A stretch of DNA of 64,000 nucleotides from Euryarchaeota archaeon UBA28 (GTDB taxonomy: Archaea > Thermoplasmatota > Poseidoniia > Poseidoniales > Thalassarchaeaceae), in the NCBI GenBank assembly GCA_002501605.1, contig DANW01000026.1:36871-100870 (forward strand). The letters run 5' to 3'. A program made the translations under genes and the position numbers. The notes under the pieces are model-generated. The model saw only the letters and a program-made list of their open reading frames with translations, made no database searches and was not told the origin of the DNA. How positions within the stretch are numbered: position 1 is the first letter of the stretch; every line of letters starts with the position of its first letter. Positions 18,668 to 26,770 of this stretch are shown piece by piece.

Positions 18668-20143
18668 ATGTCTGGCATCAGGGCAACCTGTGTCGCACTC
18701 GTCACAATCATGCTCTCCTCCGTTTCCCTGTCTGGATGTGTACACGATGCAATTATTGAGAATCTTAGCGTCCCCTATCCAAAATGGTATGGAGAAATGG
18801 AATTTATTGATGATCCGATGAGTCACACAGACTCCTGTTTCAGTACTCCTTGTGTAAGAAATTTCACAATAGGAGAGCCATTCTCAGATGAAATCTGGGA
18901 CGAGAATGGCAACAAATGGGCAGTTTTTGGGAATGTTGAGGGAGGCAATTGCTGTGAGCACTACCTCGCCGCCACCAAGGAGGGTTGGATAATGAATTTT
19001 GGAGGGGAGTACCCCACTTGGTCTGAAGATAGGGGACACACCTGGAAGGAGTACCGCCCCTCGATATTCTCTCAGCTGGGGTGCATGGAACCCAAGCCAA
19101 CAGTACCCGGACAGGAGGGACTTGGAGAGGGAAGTATAGTCCAGGCGACCAATGGGGATATTATTTCCATGGGGTGGTTCCCCTATCCGAGTGCGAGTGG
19201 CGCCGATCAATTCTATGCGTTCTTCTATGACGCCGAAGACGAAGAGTGGAGTTGGTGTTTCAATAGAACTCCAGAGCCTTTTTATGATCGTTCTTGGCAA
19301 GTCGAGGTAATAGGTCCGATTAACGGTGGACTCTACGGTAATGGGCCATGGGCCAGTCTTGTAATTTCCAACTTCTGGCATCAAGTACAGAATGTAGGGG
19401 GTCAGATTTCTACTGACGGATTAAATTACGAATATTTTGGCTTCCCAGATAGAGATGCTGATTTGGATATAATGGAAGTAGACTTGGATCCTCCTGAACT
19501 GGGCATAGAGTGGGATTTCACTAAGCCCCATAAGGAGATGAGGGCTTTCCCGGTTCCCTCAGGAGGTCTGTACTTCCCAGACTACTTCATCGATGGCAGA
19601 GATGCGTTTCTTGATACTTCTCTTAATTGGTGGACAGGTGTTACTTTAGGTGGGAATTCTCTACCATCTCAGTATTGTGCATTTGACTCATCAACAGCTC
19701 TACATTGCGTCACTACGAGTAATTCTAACCTCACCCATTTGCTCTCATGGGATGGCGGGGAGACATGGGAGAATCAATCCTATGATCTTTCAATGGAGGC
19801 CACAGGATTGGAAGAGTGGGAATTTCACTCCAATGGAGAACACGACTTATTCGTTCTCAATGTGAGGTATCAGAGCTCCTCTGGGCCCGATGTCGATATA
19901 GCCTGGCATGTTAGGGACTTCTCCGAGAGTATGGTTCCAGACTCAAGAACATATATCGGGCAGGGCGATCTTGACTCCACATCAGGAGCAGGAAATGACA
20001 TCAGATTTGACTTCGCTAGTATGGGAATCCTTCCTGATGGTGGCTCATTCATAGCGTATCAGGATTCTACCGACCCTGATCCATTGTTCGCTCTGGAGTT
20101 ACTACTTCCACCAGGATACATAGCAAAATCTCAAACGTTCTAG
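18668..20143 (+). CDS. Secreted BNR/Asp-box repeat (sialidase-fold-like) lipoprotein
   Basis: Signal with a lipobox-like LSGC (MSGIRATCVALVTIMLSSVSLSGC). Two Asp-boxes of SxDxGxTW type: SEDRGHTW and SWDGGETW. Start set at ATG 18668. Confidence 0.7.
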   Translation: MSGIRATCVALVTIMLSSVSLSGCVHDAIIENLSVPYPKWYGEMEFIDDPMSHTDSCFSTPCVRNFTIGEPFSDEIWDENGNKWAVFGNVEGGNCCEHYLAATKEGWIMNFGGEYPTWSEDRGHTWKEYRPSIFSQLGCMEPKPTVPGQEGLGEGSIVQATNGDIISMGWFPYPSASGADQFYAFFYDAEDEEWSWCFNRTPEPFYDRSWQVEVIGPINGGLYGNGPWASLVISNFWHQVQNVGGQISTDGLNYEYFGFPDRDADLDIMEVDLDPPELGIEWDFTKPHKEMRAFPVPSGGLYFPDYFIDGRDAFLDTSLNWWTGVTLGGNSLPSQYCAFDSSTALHCVTTSNSNLTHLLSWDGGETWENQSYDLSMEATGLEEWEFHSNGEHDLFVLNVRYQSSSGPDVDIAWHVRDFSESMVPDSRTYIGQGDLDSTSGAGNDIRFDFASMGILPDGGSFIAYQDSTDPDPLFALELLLPPGYIAKSQTF

Positions 20144-20190
20144 TGGAAGAAGCACGATTTCAACCGACTGATTATAGAGATAGACTGGTA

Positions 20191-23100
20191 TCAAGTCTTC
20201 TCGATATGGACCGATATCTTCACTCCATCTACCTCGAATTCTATGGACTTATCAATAGCCACGCCCTCGTTGAGATATGCTTTCTCTGAGCGAGTCTCAG
20301 ATACTACTCGCTCCCAGTCTCGATTGGATAATTTACCGTCTTCGATCCAAACGCTAAGATTTATGGTCGCCTCAATTTCTAGGTCCAAATCCTTCCTTTT
20401 TGCCTGAATCCTCCTGATTATATCTCTTGAAAGGCCTTTGGAGAGGAGATCTTCATCAATTTCCATGTCTAAGACCAGGGAGACATCCCCATAATCTCCG
20501 GAGAGCGTAGCAGCAGCAAAACCTTCCCTTTCAACTCTCTTTATGTCAATATCAACGTCATTTATTTCATATCCTCCGACAGCAGCAATTCCAGCCTCAA
20601 TCTCAAGTAGTAATGACTCTGGATCAATCATTTTTAACTCAGAGAGAACTTTAGGGAGGTCAGCTCTACATTTGGCTCCAAGAGCCTTCCTGTTGGGCAC
20701 GATTTCGATCTTCTGAAAAGTATCCAAGTCGTCTATGACGCTGATTTCCTCAACATTAAGCTCCTCCGAGAGAATTTCATGGAAGCTCGAGAGGTCAGGA
20801 CCGCCTACTATCCATCCAGATCTACATGGAAGCCTTTGCCTCCTCCCAGCATCTACCCTTACTCTCCTGCCCGCTTCAGCAATTGACCTAACTAACTCCA
20901 TTTCCATTTCTACCATGTGATCAACTGGAGGAAGGGAACTCTCGATGATATCAGAACCAACAGGCCAATCCGCCAAGTGAACAGACGACCCAGTCAGCCC
21001 CCTATGTATCGCGTCAGAAACGAAAGGTGAGACTGGAGCCATAAGCCTACAAGCTATCAAGAGGACCTCGTGGAGTGTGTTTTGGCAAGAATGTTTGTCT
21101 ACACTGTCCACTTCATTCCATAGCCTCCTTCGTGACCTTCTAACATACCAGTTTGAAAGATCATTAACTATGAATGCCTCAAGATCTCTTCCAGCTTTAT
21201 GAAAGTCCCATTGAACGAATTTATCATGATATTCCTGCGCCATGGATGAAGCCTTCGATAAAATCCATCTGTCAAGATGACTCCTCTCTTCTAATGGGAT
21301 AAACGTGTCCTCATTACCAGGGTCAAATCCATCGAGGGAGGCGTAATCAGCATGGAACTTGTATACATTCCATAATGTCAAAAACATCTTCGCATAAGAC
21401 TCCCTCACTCCATTCGGATCAAAGTTCGTAGGCGACCAAGGGGCACTCTGAGTTGTCATATACCATCGGATTGAATCAGCGCCTTCCTTGTTGAAGTGGT
21501 CCCAGGGATTCACGACATTTCCCTTCGACTTACTCATCTTCTTCCCGTCCTTATCGAGAATGTGGCCAAGAGATAGGCATCTTCGATATGATATGCTATC
21601 GAAAACCGTAGTGGAAACCGCCATCAAGGAATAGAACCAACCTCTGGTTTGGTCTACTGCTTCACAGATGTAATCGACTGGGAACGAGGCATCAAACTTG
21701 TCCCCATTTTCGAAGGGGTAGTGCCATTGAGCGAATGACGCACAACCAGAGTCAAACCAGCAATCCATTACATAAGGCTCCCTAATCATCTCACCATCGC
21801 ATTTCACTTGCGGGCAAGAGAGGGTAATCTCATCAACATACGGCCTGTGTAATTCTGGAGGCATTTCCGAGGATTCAGTCTTCATTTCCGAGAGCTCTTC
21901 TATACTTCCAACACAATGTTCGCTCCCGCATTCCTTGCAAATCCATACTGGCAAAGGGGTGCCCCAGTACCTTTCCCTGCTGATTGCCCAGTCCTTGATA
22001 TTGGATAGCCATTCCCCCATTCTTTTGGATCCAGTCCACTCAGGTGCCCATTCGACTTCTGAGTTGTACTGCAGTATCTTTTCTTTCACTGCAGTCATTC
22101 TGACGAACCAGCTGTCCATAGCATAGTACAGCAACGGATGGTCGGTCCTCCAACAGTGAGGATAATCGTGTGTATACGAATGCTCTCTGTAAAGGAGCCC
22201 TTCCTTCTCCAGCAAATCAATGATAATATCATCACACTCTTTAACATACTTGCCATCAATGTCGTTGTGGGTTCCTTGGATAAATTTGCCATCCATCCCC
22301 ACGGTATGTTGTGCTGGAAATCCGACTTCCATGCCAAGACTGTAGTCATCCTCACCATACATTACTGCGGTGTGCACGACCCCGGTTCCATCAGTGGTCG
22401 TGACGAAGTCCGCCCCAACTATAGTCCATGCAGATGGGTGCCCCTCTCCATCTATGGCTCCCGGGAAAAGTGGCTTGTATGATTTCCCAATTATTTCTGA
22501 ACCCGGAAACTCATCTAATACCTCCATGTGGTTTCTCATTACATTACCAATCAGATCCTTGGCCAGAATCAACTCTTCGCCAACCTCTGCCCCTCCTCTG
22601 CCTTCCCACGACCCAGACGAACCAGAGGTTATCTTAACTCTGCAATAGGTCAGATCCGGACCAACCGCAAGACCTACATTGCCCGGAAGTGTCCAAGGAG
22701 TAGTAGTCCAGGCCAATACAGAAGCTTCATCCTCCAGAAGCTTGAATTTCACGAATACTGCAGGCTCGGTAACCTCTTTGTATCCTAGGGAAACTTCGTG
22801 GCTGGAGTAGCTTGTTCCCGTTTGAGGGCAATATGGCAGAACCTTATGGCCTCTGAATAGAAGGCCCTTATCGAACATCTGCTTCAATGACCACCATGCC
22901 GACTCTATGTATTGGTCATGCAGTGTTACATAGGGGTCATTAAGGTCAACCCAGAACCCCATCCTCTCTGTCATTTCTCTCCAGGTCTCTTCGTAAGTCC
23001 ACACGCTCTCCTTACATTTCTCGTTGAATTCTTTCATGCCATAAGCTTCAATCTCTTCGTTGGACATTAGGTCTAGTTGTTTCTGGACCTCAATCTCTAC

Positions 23101-23379
23101 AGGTAGGCCGTGAGTGTCCCAGCCTGCCTTTCTTTCAACCACATAACCTTGCATCGTCTTCCATCTGCACACCATGTCTTTGAACAGTCTCGAAATTACA
23201 TGATGTATTCCCGGTTTCCCATTGGCAGTGGGCGGCCCTTCAAGGAAGGTGAAAGGAGTTCCATTGCCCCTTCTAGATTCTATCGACTCGGCGAACGTCC
23301 CCTCGGACCTCCACACTTCCATCAATGAATTCTCCAACGCGACAGGATCGAACTCACCGGCTGGCCTAGGCACCACCAT
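20191..23379 (-). CDS. ileS: Isoleucine--tRNA ligase
   Basis: 1062 aa with PPTANGKPGIHHVISR (HIGH), KMSKSKGN, a CP1 editing region and an archaeal-type C-terminus. Confidence 0.95.
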   Translation of the reverse strand: MVVPRPAGEFDPVALENSLMEVWRSEGTFAESIESRRGNGTPFTFLEGPPTANGKPGIHHVISRLFKDMVCRWKTMQGYVVERKAGWDTHGLPVEIEVQKQLDLMSNEEIEAYGMKEFNEKCKESVWTYEETWREMTERMGFWVDLNDPYVTLHDQYIESAWWSLKQMFDKGLLFRGHKVLPYCPQTGTSYSSHEVSLGYKEVTEPAVFVKFKLLEDEASVLAWTTTPWTLPGNVGLAVGPDLTYCRVKITSGSSGSWEGRGGAEVGEELILAKDLIGNVMRNHMEVLDEFPGSEIIGKSYKPLFPGAIDGEGHPSAWTIVGADFVTTTDGTGVVHTAVMYGEDDYSLGMEVGFPAQHTVGMDGKFIQGTHNDIDGKYVKECDDIIIDLLEKEGLLYREHSYTHDYPHCWRTDHPLLYYAMDSWFVRMTAVKEKILQYNSEVEWAPEWTGSKRMGEWLSNIKDWAISRERYWGTPLPVWICKECGSEHCVGSIEELSEMKTESSEMPPELHRPYVDEITLSCPQVKCDGEMIREPYVMDCWFDSGCASFAQWHYPFENGDKFDASFPVDYICEAVDQTRGWFYSLMAVSTTVFDSISYRRCLSLGHILDKDGKKMSKSKGNVVNPWDHFNKEGADSIRWYMTTQSAPWSPTNFDPNGVRESYAKMFLTLWNVYKFHADYASLDGFDPGNEDTFIPLEERSHLDRWILSKASSMAQEYHDKFVQWDFHKAGRDLEAFIVNDLSNWYVRRSRRRLWNEVDSVDKHSCQNTLHEVLLIACRLMAPVSPFVSDAIHRGLTGSSVHLADWPVGSDIIESSLPPVDHMVEMEMELVRSIAEAGRRVRVDAGRRQRLPCRSGWIVGGPDLSSFHEILSEELNVEEISVIDDLDTFQKIEIVPNRKALGAKCRADLPKVLSELKMIDPESLLLEIEAGIAAVGGYEINDVDIDIKRVEREGFAAATLSGDYGDVSLVLDMEIDEDLLSKGLSRDIIRRIQAKRKDLDLEIEATINLSVWIEDGKLSNRDWERVVSETRSEKAYLNEGVAIDKSIEFEVDGVKISVHIEKT

Positions 23380-23479
23380 GGCTGGGGCGAGTCCAGACTT
23401 CGTATTGAATATGCCTCGTTGTCCCAGAGGGAAGGCCCTCCCTAGCAGGGTTCAAAAACATCCTCTGCAACGACGCTAT

Positions 23480-24130
23480 ATGAGCAGAACTATCACAATT
23501 GATGTTGGGGGTATGACTTGTGATGGCTGTGCGTTGAATGTAACCAAAGCAATCAACTCATTAGAGCAAGTTTCCAAGGTAGATGTGTCTCACGACTCAG
23601 GAAAGGCGATAGTCACTCATAATTCACCAGACGATGAAAATATCAGACTCGCAATCAAGAATGCAGGATATTCCGTAGACGGGGAGTTTGAACCATTCAA
23701 CTGGACAGACGGTCCTGTGTGGAGGCAGTCCGCACACAATACCAAGTGGTGCTTGATTGGCTGTAGTATCGGCGATTTCGGAACAATTGCCGCTTTCCAA
23801 TTTATTCCATATCTTGATGGTCTTGGCTGGTCTGCAATGTCGATTATGATGCTTGCGATGTTCAATGGAATCATGACTTCAATCGCACTTGAGACCTTCA
23901 TCCTGATCAAACAGATGGGAGGAGTTAGAGAAGCATTCAGAGTGGCTATTGGGATGTCTCTTATTTCGATGATAGCAATGGAAACTTCCATGAATGCCAC
24001 TGATCTTCTAATCATGGGAGAGCCTTCTTTGACATGGTGGGTAATTCCGATCATGTTGTTCGTAGGATTTATCACTCCATGGCCATACAACTACTGGAGA
24101 CTCAAGAAGTACGGAATATCTTGTCATTAG
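23480..24130 (+). CDS. Heavy-metal-associated (HMA) domain fused to a DUF4396-type membrane domain
   Basis: ITIDVGGMTCDGCALNVTKAI is the MxCxxC HMA motif. It is followed by a 4-TM domain with WCLIGCSIGDFG. Start moved to ATG 23480 because upstream codons overlap ileS. Confidence 0.7.
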   Translation: MSRTITIDVGGMTCDGCALNVTKAINSLEQVSKVDVSHDSGKAIVTHNSPDDENIRLAIKNAGYSVDGEFEPFNWTDGPVWRQSAHNTKWCLIGCSIGDFGTIAAFQFIPYLDGLGWSAMSIMMLAMFNGIMTSIALETFILIKQMGGVREAFRVAIGMSLISMIAMETSMNATDLLIMGEPSLTWWVIPIMLFVGFITPWPYNYWRLKKYGISCH

Positions 24131-24137
24131 GTGATTC

Positions 24138-24914
24138 ATGATGCAGGTCTGGGAAAGACTAGGTGAACAGATTACTGAATGGATACTGGACTACGCTAAA
24201 AGTAACGGGATAACAACTCTAGTAGTGGGAGTTTCAGGAGGAATAGACTCAGCTGTAACTTCCACCCTGTGTGCCAAAACCGGGTTAAGGACCATCGCCC
24301 TCAGTATGCCTATTCGTCAAATTGAGTCCCAGAATAATCTCTCAATGAAACATTGTGAATGGCTATCTTCAAATTGGAACAATGTAGAATATCATATCGT
24401 AGATTTATCTGAAACATTCGACTCAATTAGTACGGTTCTAACCGAAAAAGGGGCCGATGATCTTTCTTTGGCCAACACCAGGGCTAGATTAAGGATGGCT
24501 ACTCTGTACTCCATGGCCAGCTCCAACAATGGGATAGTTGTAGGTACAGGGAATAAGGTAGAAGACTTTGGAGTTGGGTTCTACACCAAATATGGAGATG
24601 GGGGAGTGGACATATCTCCTATTGCAGATTTGTACAAGTCCGAGGTTTTCTCATTAGCCGACTCTCTTGGGGTCATGCAAGAAATTCAGGAAGCGGCGCC
24701 AACAGATGGACTCTGGGATGACGGTAGGACTGATGAAGATCAGATAGGAGCCACATATCAGGAACTAGAGTGGGCCATGAGAGAGGTGGAGAGGCCCTCG
24801 GGAGCAGAGCTAGACGAGAGGCAAAAGCGGGTCATGGAAAGATACCTGCAACTCAATAAGGCCAATTCACATAAGATGGAACCAATTCCAGTCTTCAAGA
24901 GAAGCGACCGCTGA
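24138..24914 (+). CDS. nadE: Ammonia-dependent NAD+ synthetase
   Basis: PP-loop VVGVSGGIDSAV, GTGNKVEDFGVGFYTKYGDGG, and PTDGLWDDGRTDEDQIG. Confidence 0.9.
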   Translation: MMQVWERLGEQITEWILDYAKSNGITTLVVGVSGGIDSAVTSTLCAKTGLRTIALSMPIRQIESQNNLSMKHCEWLSSNWNNVEYHIVDLSETFDSISTVLTEKGADDLSLANTRARLRMATLYSMASSNNGIVVGTGNKVEDFGVGFYTKYGDGGVDISPIADLYKSEVFSLADSLGVMQEIQEAAPTDGLWDDGRTDEDQIGATYQELEWAMREVERPSGAELDERQKRVMERYLQLNKANSHKMEPIPVFKRSDR

Positions 24915-24945
24915 GTTAAATTACAAATTTGCTCCCGCTTTAATT

Positions 24946-25485
24946 ATGAGCGATGGGGCACAGATACAGACCAGCTATGCCGATAGTAACCAATTAATGG
25001 CCGTGGAATTCGATAGTAAGATCATAATTTACTGGTGGATGACGGCAAATTTTGGACTCCTTATGTCAGTGGTCGGAATAATCCTCATGCCGATTTGGAT
25101 TCCCTTCGGATGGCTTGTTCATAAGAAACAATACGAGCATATGAGTGGAGCTCTAACTGACCGCTCCATCAACATGCGTATGGGATGGTTGTTCAAGAAA
25201 CAGCAGAATATCGCCTTGGATAAGCTGACCGATGTTTCTATTCATGAGGGTCCAATCCTGAGTGCCTTCGGGGTAGTCAGGATGCAGTTCGAGACCGCAG
25301 GTGCAGCACCATTCATACTTACAGGCGTCAGGAATGCGAACCAGTTCCGTGATCTTGTACTCAGACAAAGAGACTCTCTTGCCATAACTCCCCCGACTAC
25401 TTCCTCTCAAGTCGACTCTAACGATGTCTTAGTTGAGATTAGGGACATATTATCTAAGATCGAGTCAAAGCTTTCTGATGAATAA
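24946..25485 (+). CDS. Membrane protein with bacterial-type PH domain (bPH_2 / YdbS-like)
   Basis: Two TM helices followed by ...ALTDRSINMRMGWLFKKQQNIALDKLTDVSIHEGPILSAFGVVRMQFET, the typical bPH_2 pattern. Confidence 0.6.
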   Translation: MSDGAQIQTSYADSNQLMAVEFDSKIIIYWWMTANFGLLMSVVGIILMPIWIPFGWLVHKKQYEHMSGALTDRSINMRMGWLFKKQQNIALDKLTDVSIHEGPILSAFGVVRMQFETAGAAPFILTGVRNANQFRDLVLRQRDSLAITPPTTSSQVDSNDVLVEIRDILSKIESKLSDE

Positions 25486-25486
25486 C

Positions 25487-26251
25487 TCATATGCCAGAAG
25501 AAGCTTTCATCCTCACATACCACGGCCAAACCGAAGTATGTCTCTCCACAATATCGAACCCGTAAAGACCCTCCATCGACCTTAGAATTCCGAAGTTAGC
25601 AAAGTCCGCTCCGTTGGGGGTGTCTCCTCCAAAAAAGTCACCCTTTATGCCACCCGACATATGGTCAAGTTGGAATTTAAGGTTCTCCCGTGGAGGTAGG
25701 TCGAACATTTTCGCTCTGGACTTGCCAACCATCCTCATTATTATCCCTCCTACCCACTTATTCACTAAACGGGTGCCGAAAGAGAAATTATCGATTCTAG
25801 TGACGTAATCCAGTGCCTGGAGTGAGGTTCTGTATGATTTGTAAATCACGGCGACAATCGATTTTCCAAGAATCAAATTGGAAAAATCCATCCACTCGTC
25901 CTGCTCGGAATCCTCTCCCATCCTTGGAAACTCATTAGTTCCGTTTTCATCGATATAATGTAGGATATAATTCGAGTCGTTTACTTGGGTCCCGTCCTTA
26001 TCCACGAAAACTGGCACAGCACTCCAATCAGACCACTTCAGTTGTGTCTTGAATGTTGGATCGACCTCAACTTTAGAGTATTCAACCCCCCTGCTCCCCA
26101 ATAGGGCTTTGACTTTGAAGCAGAATGGGCAGGTTTCAAAACAATACATTGTGGGAAGGCCATCAACAACTCTCTCTGGGACGAGCTTTTCTTGGACCCC
26201 CGAGGTTGGTTCCAAATCAATTTCAACATGTTGCATATCGTTATTTTCCAT
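25487..26251 (-). CDS. Glutaredoxin/GST-fold protein (PGES2-like)
   Basis: MYCFETCPFCFKVKALL (CPFC glutaredoxin motif), ..VPVFVDKDG..NDSNYI, and a helical GST-like C-terminal half. Confidence 0.7.
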   Translation of the reverse strand: MENNDMQHVEIDLEPTSGVQEKLVPERVVDGLPTMYCFETCPFCFKVKALLGSRGVEYSKVEVDPTFKTQLKWSDWSAVPVFVDKDGTQVNDSNYILHYIDENGTNEFPRMGEDSEQDEWMDFSNLILGKSIVAVIYKSYRTSLQALDYVTRIDNFSFGTRLVNKWVGGIIMRMVGKSRAKMFDLPPRENLKFQLDHMSGGIKGDFFGGDTPNGADFANFGILRSMEGLYGFDIVERHTSVWPWYVRMKASSGI

Positions 26252-26268
26252 ATCAATCGACTCTCTAC

Positions 26269-26694
26269 CTATGAATCTAATGCGGACTCCAATGTCTTTC
26301 TAAATGAGTCGACTGATTTTCCGCATCCCTCCAGCTGTATGGCATCCACAATAATCTCTATTTCACCATCACGCTCTACGGCTATGCATGGAGTTTTACC
26401 AAAAGTAATTTCCGCTAACTCAGGAAACTGCTCATTTAGGTGCAGAAGTTCGATTTCGAAATCCAAGCCGGATGTCATTTCCCTCCATTCTTTCTTAGTA
26501 GATACTCCTCTGTGAGTGATGTCACATAAGGCGCAATGGGCAGTACCCCTTATTTTGCCCCAAACATAGGAAAGCTCCCCTATTATCCCCCCATCTGCAT
26601 GATACACGCCATAGGCTTTCTTGACTTCCATTACTCCACCGCTCCTACGGTTGCGGGGGCGACTGTAGGTTGATAATATGGAGTTCCCCTCCAT
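26269..26694 (-). CDS. Hypothetical CxxC protein
   Basis: YHADGGIIGELSYVWGKIRGTAHCALCDITH motif, family not recognised. An alternative start at 26631 (MEVKKAYGVY) seems likelier. Confidence 0.55.
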   Translation of the reverse strand: MEGNSILSTYSRPRNRRSGGVMEVKKAYGVYHADGGIIGELSYVWGKIRGTAHCALCDITHRGVSTKKEWREMTSGLDFEIELLHLNEQFPELAEITFGKTPCIAVERDGEIEIIVDAIQLEGCGKSVDSFRKTLESALDS

Positions 26695-26770
26695 ACATCA
26701 CATCAGTTTACCACAAACAGGGCCACATTCCTACACCAATCTTGAAGTGACTCCTAGCTAGTCCGAATGC

